NCBI GenBank assembly: GCA_965261595.1
Contig: CBDHDG010000006.1
Span: 1,504,001 to 1,568,000, forward strand
Direction of reading: 5' to 3'
DNA length: 64,000 nucleotides
Source: a bacterium
GTDB lineage: Bacteria > UBA8248 > JACPRG01 > G963555815
A program made the translations under genes and the position numbers. Under the pieces are notes generated by a model. It saw only the letters and a list, made by a program, of their open reading frames with translations. It was not told where the DNA came from and did not search any database. Shown piece after piece: positions 55,898 to 64,000 of the stretch (position 1 is the stretch's first letter; each line of letters opens with the position of its first letter).

Positions 55898-56978
55898 TCA
55901 TATCTCGGCCGGTTGCGCAACGCCGTGCACCGCGAACAGATCAGAAAGATCGTCGACGCTGAGATCGAGCAACGCCGCGGCCCGGCGTACCGAGACAAGT
56001 CCGTCCCCGACGGCAAGCCCGATAATCTCCAGGAACGGTCTCGAGAACAGCACCGGTGACACACCCTCGACATCCTCGCGGCCGTTGTGCCGCAATGCCG
56101 CGTCCGGCACCGCGCTCGCCGTCTCCGAGGGCAGGGCTCCGAGTGCAACCAGGCGCCATTTCAACGCCGAGGCCGTCACATGCAACTCGTCCGCCGCCCC
56201 ATTCAGCCGCGCGATCAGCCCCGCCTGTCCAGGCTCCGACCAGTCACCGAAGCGCGCAACCGTACCGGCCGGCATCAGCACTGCCGCCGCAAAATTGTTG
56301 GCGAGCTGCTCGACGCGGTTGCCGCCCGTCTCTCTCGCCTCCTCCAGATACTCCGGCGGCATCGCGTCCCAGGTCAGGAGATGAAACAGCTCGTGCGCCA
56401 GATCGAAATGACGCCGTCCTGCGACCTCGTGGCGGGCAATCAGCACCGAGTCCAGCTCAGGCAGGCGGCATGCCGCGCCGGAGATCCCCCGATGCGCGTC
56501 CACCATGAGAGCGAGGATCCCCAACTCCCGTTCCATGACATCGGCAAGGCGCACCGCCGGCACGTCGCCGAGACTGAACTCGGCAACGAACCGTTCCCCG
56601 GCACGCATGGCCTCCTCGAAACTCGAGCGCCGCACAAGACCGAGCGCGCGGCGCATGAGCGGCGCCTCGCGCCCGACCTGAGGCGCCAGCGCGCGGAACG
56701 CACCGATCCAGCGCCCCGCCTTGCGTTCATACGCTTCCAGCTGCCGCACCTCGACACCGGACTGACGCCACGAGAATCGCCCTTCGCCGGCGAGCAGGAA
56801 GGGATCGGTGAAGTACTCGAGCGGCGTGCCGAGCCTCTCGACCGCCAGCACCAGCTCCTCCGCCGTGACCCGCCTAGCGCCGGTCGTTGAATCCGAACAT
56901 CTCCGCCAGACTCTCCTGGGAGAGCCCGCGTTCCTCTCGAAGCGCCCTGATCCGTTTGCCGATCTGTTGTCTCGTCAT
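55898..56978 (-). pseudogene. XRE-HTH fused to ImmA/IrrE metallopeptidase; small deletion and frameshift at about 56880
   Basis: IGKRIRALREERGLSQESLA; FDLAHELFH; E..AN.FAAAVLMP. Confidence 0.88.
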
Positions 56979-57141
56979 CGGCTCCTCCGCGCGTATTTCT
57001 TGCCCTTTTTATTATGCAACTTTTATATGCGATTTTTACTCTGCGCACAACACGTCAGAACCCAACGCCGCCGTTCCCCGGAGCCCGCCCTGTATCGGCG
57101 CGACACCCAACATCCCGATCCGGCGACGTCGACGCCGTTGT

Positions 57142-59185
57142 CTACAATCCCATCTCCATTCCGCGCGCGTCCCGATCCCTTGACGGCGATGCGGGACCGT
57201 CCCGCTCCTTGCCCGTTCCCGTACCGGCCCCCGGATCCCTCGTCACTTCCCAATCCCGACCGCCCGCCTTCGCGGCCTCCGGCGCCTTTGACTTCCCGTC
57301 TCCGAGCGCCTCCAGCGCCGCGATGCGCTCGCCGGTGAGTGCCTGTAGCTGCTCCCTGAGCGCCGACTTGTCGTCGGTCACGAGCTCGGCGCGGTCGCGC
57401 GCGCGGCTGATCTCGACATACAGCATCTTCTGATTGGTAAGGTTCGGATGGTTGGCCTCGATCGCGGCGATCACGGTATCGACCGTGCGCCCCTGGAACG
57501 CATGCACGGTCGAGGCCCAGGCGCGGTCGATATGGCTGAGCTGCGGGTCTCCGGCGTTCATGTCGAGCATGCGCCCGTCCTCGAGGCGGAAGCTGACCCG
57601 GCCATCGTTGACCGCCGCCACCTCCGCGGTCTCGCTGTTCACGAGCCCGAGGCCGGCATCGTTGCGGGTCCAGCGGATGCGGTCGCCGGCCCGGAGCTCC
57701 ATCGTCTCCCTCTTGTAGACCTCGACACCGCCCGCCCGAGCCGAGATCCGGCCCGGCTCCCAGGCGACCGTCCCGCCGTCCTTGCCTGCGAGCGTCACCG
57801 TCCCGGCCCCATGGTCCACTCCGGCGACCCGCAGCTCGTCGCCCTTCTCGACACCGAGGCGCTTGTAGGGGCGGTGGAACCCCACGACATCGCCGGCCAT
57901 GTAGTTCCGCGCGAGCGCCTTCTCGGCGTTGGTGTAGCCCCGTGACGCCAGCCGCTCGGTTTGCATCGCGGGGCCGTGGACGACGCCGTCGCGGGTCAGG
58001 CGCTCGCGGACGATCTCGTTGATCCCCTCGCGCAGCGCATGGCTCGGCGCCATCAGCCCCGTGCGCTCGTGCGCCTGTGGCGGGAGCGCGAGCCAGCGCG
58101 CGGCGGCGGCGCCCGCGAGGCTCGCCTCGACGGCCTCCTTCAGGGCCGGATCGCGCTGGCGCATGATCTGGTCCATCAGGGCGGTCTTCATCCCGGCGGC
58201 CTGGAGCTGCGCGAAGGGCTTGCCGGCGTCGACCGCGTCGAGCTGTTTCTCGTCGCCCACCAGCACCACGCGGGGGATGCGCAAGCGGTCGACGATCCTG
58301 AGCAGGTCGCGGGCCTGGACGGTGGAGGCGAGCGAGCCCTCGTCGACAATGAGCACGGTCTTCGCGAATGTCGCCCGCATCTCCTTTTCGCCCTTCGCGG
58401 TCATCCGGCCCGCTGCGACGCCGCCGTAGCGCGCGAGGAAGCGCTGCAGGGTCTCGGTCCCGATCCCGGCCTCGGCGCTGAGGGTGCGCGCGGCCGAAGC
58501 CGAGGGCGCGAGGCCCCGGACCTCCCAGCCGCGCTTTTCCATGAGCGCGCGGGCGCGGTTCAGCATCGTGGTCTTGCCGCTGCCCGCGTAGCCCTGGACG
58601 CCGACCGTGCGGTCCCTGTCAGAGAGGATCAGCTTCACCGCCGCCTTCTGGCCTTCCGTGAGGGGGCCTTTGCGGAGCGCCTTGTCGACGGCGCGGGCGC
58701 GCATCGGGGACGCGCCGCGGTCCCGGCCCGCTTCCATCAGCGCGATCGTCTCCTTCTCGTCGGCGACCGCCCGGTCGGTGGTCAAGAGCCCATCCATGCC
58801 GGGTAGCCTCGCGGCGTGCAGCGATCCGGCCCCCTCCAGCCGCGCCACCGCGGCCTCGGCCTCGCCGACCGTCACCTTTCCGGGGTTCCACGCGAGCGCC
58901 GCGGCCAGCAGATTCGGTGCGCGAGAACAACGCCTCGCGCTCGGAGAGATGCGCCACCGCCCAGTCCATCGCGGTCTGTGCGGGCGATTCCGGGGTGCTC
59001 TCCACCTCCGGACCGCGACCCGGCGGCGCCGTTTCAGGGGCGCTCTCCCTGTCCCGCCGCCCGGCCCCCGGCTCCTCCGCACCCGGAGGAGCCGTCTCCT
59101 TGCCGGCGCCCTCCCGCTCCGCGCCCTTCGCCGCTGCCTCGACCCCGAGCGCCCGCGCGTCGAAGCCGAGATCGGCGGCCGGGCG
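57142..59185 (-). pseudogene. Second MOBF relaxase-helicase, helicase half only
   Basis: Paralogue of 13105-16119 (QGYAGSGKT, VDEGS, HAFQG.T, MEMGL end); relaxase domain missing, frameshift at about 58915, internal deletion. Confidence 0.9.
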
Positions 59186-60172
59186 CCTGAGGACCTCTCG
59201 CCGTGGCTGCCCTGGTCGATGGGCGCGGACCGCAGGCGCGCCCTCATGACGCCGGGATGACCGGCGAGGTTGAGTGCCGCTATTACGGACGCGACTTCAC
59301 GATGCGAGAGATGGTGCTGCTGCACTCGCTGATCGCCGGCCCGCCGGCGCTGAACCGCCATGCGCTGTCGAAGGAGTTCTGCCGGCGCATCCGCTGGTTC
59401 AAGCCCGACGGCGGGCTCAAGGACATGATGGCCAGGGTGACCATGCTGGCCATGCAGAAAGACGGCCTGATCGCCCTGCCGACGCCGAAGTGGCGGCAGA
59501 ACCGGCCCGGGCCGATCGTCTTCGGGCCGGAGACCGAACCGCCGCTGATCCCGGCGCCGGCTACCCTTGAGGAGGCCCGCCCGCTCGACCTGCGGCTCGT
59601 CGTCCGCGGCACCCGCGAGGGCAAGCGGTGGAACGAGTTCGTCGCCCGCTACCACTATCTCGGCTACAAGACCCTCGTCGGCGCCCAGATGCGCTACGCC
59701 GTCCACGACCGAGGCGGCCGGCCCGTCGCCATGCTCGGCTTCAGCACTGCCGCGTGGAAGCTCGCCCCTCGAGACCGCTTCATCGGTTGGACGCCGCAAC
59801 TGCGCGAGAAGAACCTCTCCCTCGTGGTCGACAACCCGAGGTTCCTCATCCTGCCCTGGATCAAGATCCCCAACCTGGGCTCGCACATCCTCGCCATCGT
59901 CCGCCGGCGCCTGCCCGGGGACTGGACCGGGCGCTACAACACCACCCCCGTGCTCATCGAGACCTTCGTCGAGACCCCCCGCTACACCGGCGCCGTCTAC
60001 AGGGCATCGGGATGGACCCACGTCGGAACCACCCAGGGACGCGGACGCTACGACAGGTACACGAGACGCGCCCAACCGAAAAAGGATATCTGGCTCCGCC
60101 CCCTCAAAAAAAATTGGAAACGAACCCTCAACAGCTAAATTAACCCCCCATCACGGCCCGGCCGAACGTTTA
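59186..60172 (+). mobile_element. Right-end remnant of an IS66-like element with DUF4338 gene
   Basis: DLSPWLPWSM C-terminal stub coupled by ATGA to DUF4338; end resembles GAACG.TTA. Confidence 0.55.
59257..60138 (+). CDS. DUF4338 (DruA-like) protein
   Basis: WNEFVARYHYLGY, RDRFIGW, N.RFLILPW..NLGSH, P.LIETFVE, G.VYRA.GW..VG.TQGRGR.D. Confidence 0.88.
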   Translation: MTGEVECRYYGRDFTMREMVLLHSLIAGPPALNRHALSKEFCRRIRWFKPDGGLKDMMARVTMLAMQKDGLIALPTPKWRQNRPGPIVFGPETEPPLIPAPATLEEARPLDLRLVVRGTREGKRWNEFVARYHYLGYKTLVGAQMRYAVHDRGGRPVAMLGFSTAAWKLAPRDRFIGWTPQLREKNLSLVVDNPRFLILPWIKIPNLGSHILAIVRRRLPGDWTGRYNTTPVLIETFVETPRYTGAVYRASGWTHVGTTQGRGRYDRYTRRAQPKKDIWLRPLKKNWKRTLNS

Positions 60173-60349
60173 TCGCCAAGGACTCGCCTGTATGCGCGGG
60201 GCGTTTTAACGAATGCGCTTTCATTTTGATTACGGACTACGAAATGTGAGTTCCGGACAAGAACAGGAAGATTGTGGATTATCCAATAATATCAATAGGA
60301 TATTAGAGTTGCACGGCTGGAAAGAACGCCTACAAGCAACTATCCGGCC

Positions 60350-61260
60350 AGAAACTCTGGGCCGTTGTCGGATCGAATATGCTCCGGGACCCCTTGCCAC
60401 ACCATCACGTCCGACAACGTCTCGATCACCTCCGGGCTGCCTATCCTCCGCTCGACTCGGATGGCCAGGCATTCCCTCGTAACCTCGTCCAGCAGCGTCA
60501 GAAGCCGCAGCGTTCTTCCATCGTGCGTTCTGGCGCTGACAAAATCATAGCTCCAGACGTGGTTCCGATGCTCCGGCCGCAGTCGCACACAGGAACCGCC
60601 GTTCAGCCAGAGCCGTCTTCGGGGCCTTTGTTTCTGCGGCACTTTCAAACCTTCCCGCCGCCAGATTCGCTGCACCCGATCCTTCCCCACCGGCCAGCCC
60701 GAGCTCTGCAGCAACGCCGTGATTCGTCGAGTACCGTACCGCCCGTACTGCGCCGCCAGAGCCACCACCGCTCGTGTCAGCTCATCCTCGTCCAACCGAT
60801 CCATCGGCCGGTATCGTTGCGTTCCCCTCCATTGCCCTAGCAGCCGGCAGGCGCGCCGTTCCGACAGGCCATACTTCCACCGCGCACACTCCACCGCGCA
60901 ACGTCGCCGCTCAGGGCTCAGAAGTTTCCCTGGGCTACGTCCCGTAGCACTTGCTTCTCCAGCGACAACTCGGCCACCAGTCGCTCAACCGCGTATTTTC
61001 CTTCTTGAGCTCCTTCAGCCGTTTCGCCTGATCCAGCTTCAGCCCTCCATATTCCTTCCGCAGCGGTAATAAGTCTGGGTGTGGATGCCGGCTTCCTTGC
61101 AGGCTTCGGGAGCCGTCTTCCCGTTTGCCATCTGCACTTCGATCTGCCGCAGCAAGGTCACAATCTGCTCTGCTTTGTACTTTCGGATCGGCATGTCCAG
61201 CTTCCTCCTTCGTGAGATCCTCTCTCACTTCTGCTGGTACAAAAAACGCCGGGCAGGTCA
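60350..61260 (-). mobile_element. Degenerate, truncated IS3-family IS related to 8573-9660
   Basis: End TGACCTGCCC; HVWSYDF, TRECLAI, IRSDNGPEF; orfA frameshifted. Confidence 0.88.
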
Positions 61261-61334
61261 GTCAACTCCTGTAGTGAAGTGACCATGCATTACTGGATGC
61301 CTCTCGCTCCCACGCCGATGATTGAAGAACGTCA

Positions 61335-61378
61335 TTGACAAAGTAAGATAAATATAGCATATTTCTTACCAAGGTCAA
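61335..61378 (+). promoter_or_regulatory. abiE promoter with inverted-repeat operator
   Basis: TTGACA; arms TTGAC..GTAAGA and TCTTAC..GTCAA in an AT-rich stretch. Confidence 0.6.
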
Positions 61379-61407
61379 GAAGGGAATTCAGAAAGGGGTG
61401 TGATCCA

Positions 61408-62031
61408 ATGACGCGCATGGTCGACAAGATCATGGAGAAGGTGTCCGCGCACGGCAGGGGGAAGTGGGTGTGCACGCCCAAGGACTTTCTGGACCTCGGG
61501 AGCCGTGTGGCCGTTGATCAGGCTCTCTACCGCCTCGTCAAGGCCGGCCAGTTGCGCCGGGTCGGCCACGGCCTGTACGACAGGCCCAGGTTCAGCGAGG
61601 TGCTGAAGCGGCCCGCTCCGGCCGACCTGGATGCCGCCATCGCGGCCCTGGCGCGCCGGGATGGTGTCCGGATCATGCCGGACGGCTTGGCGGCCGCGAA
61701 CCGGCTGGGTCTCACCAACGCGGTTCCCGCCAAGGCGAGCTACGTGACGGACGGCCACACGAGGACCCTGAAGATCGACGGGAGAACGGTCCGGTTTCGC
61801 CATGCGGGTCCGAGGGTCATGCAGTGGGCGGGCAAACCCGCGGCCCCGGTGGTTCAGGCGCTGCGGTGGCTTGGACCCGGCGCCGCCGCGGACGCGCGCG
61901 TTGTTTCGACCTTGAAACGCCTTGTGCCCGACGCCGTGAAGCATGACCTGTTCCAGAACAGCCGGGACTTGCCCGGCTGGGCGCTGCCGCTGGCTCGGAG
62001 CATCGCGACCGGCCAGGCCGCTGCCGTATGA
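61408..62031 (+). CDS. AbiEi-like antitoxin (DUF6088)
   Basis: TPKDFLDLGSR.AVDQAL.RL...G.LRRVG.GLY; AANRLGLT..VPA...Y.TDG. Confidence 0.88.
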   Translation: MTRMVDKIMEKVSAHGRGKWVCTPKDFLDLGSRVAVDQALYRLVKAGQLRRVGHGLYDRPRFSEVLKRPAPADLDAAIAALARRDGVRIMPDGLAAANRLGLTNAVPAKASYVTDGHTRTLKIDGRTVRFRHAGPRVMQWAGKPAAPVVQALRWLGPGAAADARVVSTLKRLVPDAVKHDLFQNSRDLPGWALPLARSIATGQAAAV

Positions 62032-62997
62032 ATGAGGCCTTCGAGTCTTTTTTCTCTCTTCCGGAGCGTGGAAAGCGGGATGTGTTCGAGGCGGCCGCGA
62101 GCCGCCTCGATACGTTGCCCAGCTACGTAGAGAAGGACTTCTGGGGGTTGTCTTGTCCTCGATGCGCTCTACAACCGGCTGCCCGGCGGGCATCCGAAAT
62201 TGCTCTTCAAGGGTGGGACGTCACTTTCCAAAGCCTTCGGTCTCATTCGACGGTTCTCGGAAGATATCGATCTCGTCGTCCATCGTGACGACCTTGGTTT
62301 CGCAGGCGACCGCGATCCGGCCGTAGCATGCAATCTGTCGAACGGGAAGCGGGCCGCCCTGTTCAAGGAACTCGGCGCGGCGTGCAGCAGCTACATTCTT
62401 GGAGATCTGGCCACCGCTTTGGCGACGCTGTTCGGGGAGATGACGGAGGGGTGCCGCGTCGACCCGGATAGGGATGATGTCGACGGACAGACGATCTTCA
62501 TCGAGTACTCCACGCTGTATTCGAGGGACGATATGGCCTACGTGGTCCCGCGTGTGAGGATTGAGGCGGGAGCAAGGTCGGCGCTGGACCCCAATTTGAC
62601 CTGCTCGCTTGCTCCGTACGTCGCAGAGGAATTACCCAACTGGTCCTTTGACGTGGATGACGTCAGGGTTATGGCGCCGGAGCGCACCTATTGGGAGAAG
62701 CTGCTGATCCTGCACGGGGCGCACCATGGATACCTAGACACGCAACGTCTGCCGGCTGACAGGGACCGGATCTCGCGCCACTACTACGACGCCGCGATGA
62801 TCACGTCGACCGATCTCGGCAGGTCCGCCTTGTCGAACATCGACCTGCTGGACATGGTTCGGAACCACAACCTCGTCGCCTTCCGGCAGGCTTGGAAGCG
62901 GTTCGAAGAGGCCATTCCCGGATCGGTGAGACTGGTTCCGCAAGCGGAACTGCGTACGGTGATTGAACGGGATTACGGGGCCATGCAAAGCATGATC
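62028..62997 (+). pseudogene. AbiEii nucleotidyltransferase toxin; frameshift at about 62145 and truncated by IS
   Basis: VEKDFW, FKGGTSLSK..I.RFSEDID, ERT.WEK, SRHYYD. Confidence 0.9.
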
Positions 62998-64000
62998 TCC
63001 CCCGCTCTAGGGTTTTGTTGGACACTCGATTGATCCATGATTCATGGAGAAAGGGGTGTCGCGATGAACGAACAAAAGCAAGAGGGGGCTTTGGCGGAGG
63101 GCGCCCGTAGGGCGAACGGAGCCAAGGCCCCAGGGCATCGCAGTGAGCGGGGTCGGTTCTCCTGCCAGCGCAAGCGGGAGGCGGTCCTGCGTCTTTTGCG
63201 GGGCGAGAGCCTGGAGACGCTCTGCCGCGAGTTGGGCACGACAGCGGCTCGGCTTTCCGCCTGGCGCGAGGCGTTCCTTCGCGGGGGCGAGGCGGCGCTC
63301 AAAGCCCGCCCGGCGGATGAGCGGGACGAGGAGAACGCCCGGCTCAAGGCCAAGGTGGGCGAACTCACGATGGAGGGCGAGGTCCTGCGGGAGAAGATCG
63401 ACCGCCTGGAGGCCGGCCGCCCTTTAGCCGGCAGGAGGTGGAGGCGATGAGTCAGGCCCGCTTCACCTCCACGGGCAGAGCCTACGGCCTGAAGCGGGTG
63501 TGCGCCCTTTGGGGCTTGGCGCGCTCCACGGTCTACGCGCAACGGCGGCGAGAGGCGGTCCCCGTTCATGAACGCCCCACGCCCAATAAGCGCGGCCCTG
63601 TGGGCCCGTGCACCGATGCGGAACTCCTCGGCCACATCCGGCAGGTCCTGGAGGACTCTCCCTTCCATGGCGAGGGCTACCGCAAGGTGTGGGCGAGGCT
63701 GCGCTTCGCGGGCATCCGCACCAGCAAGGAGCGGGTGCGTCGCCTGATGCGGGAGGCGGGGCTTCAGGCCCCCCACCGGGTGGGCAAACCCCGAGGTCCC
63801 AAGGCCCACAACGGAACCATCCGCACCGAGCGGCCCGACCGAATGTGGGGCACGGACATGACGACGACGGTGACCACCGAGGAGGGGATGGCCTCGGTGT
63901 TCGTGGCGGTGGATCACTGCTCGGTGGACTGCGTGGGGATCCATGCGGCCAAGAGCGGCAACCGCTTCGAGGCCCTGGAGCCGATCCGGCAGGGGGTCGC
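62998..64000 (+). mobile_element. IS3-family-like IS, copy 3 (runs off the window)
   Basis: Near-identical to 11073 onward; WGTD intact. Confidence 0.95.

Noticed and set aside
57142..60075. 977-aa ORF as a single protein
   Set aside because: Chimera of antisense DUF4338, an off-frame linker and the relaxase helicase half
59257..60138. Druantia defence system
   Set aside because: Only a DUF4338 gene in a transposon-like context; no DruE helicase or other partners

Overview
GC-rich bacterial window with two parts. About 1-8.5 kb is chromosomal-type catabolic DNA: a NitT/TauT-type ABC transporter, an MBL hydrolase, a gamma-glutamyltransferase, an isochorismatase-family hydrolase, a xanthine-dehydrogenase-family fragment and hydantoinase B. 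From about 8.6 kb to the end lies a heavily IS-riddled mobile and defence island. Its backbone resembles an integrative mobilisable element: tyrosine integrase, SSB, Toprim protein, DUF2493, RHH protein, TraD coupling protein and MOBF relaxase, with no mating-pair genes in view. The defence cargo includes a MmeI-like RM relic and a type I RM locus with a MORC/GHKL-nuclease, Dcm and Vsr module plus a DUF433-PIN toxin-antitoxin pair nested inside it. It also carries an Abi_C/HEPN-like gene, an XRE-ImmA, PIN and NERD-STAND operon, and AbiE. Three highlights stand out. (i) An IS110 element whose 5' non-coding region shows a complete bridge-RNA-like structure, with all four guide segments matching its own target and donor junctions. 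(ii) An IS1595 element with 26-bp inverted repeats and an 8-bp target duplication that carries an intact methylase plus endonuclease pair and sits inside another RM gene. (iii) Several unusual defence-gene architectures. Many genes carry single-base frameshifts that could be real decay or assembly errors. No rRNA, tRNA or CRISPR array was recognised. All family calls come from motif recognition by eye, not from database searches.
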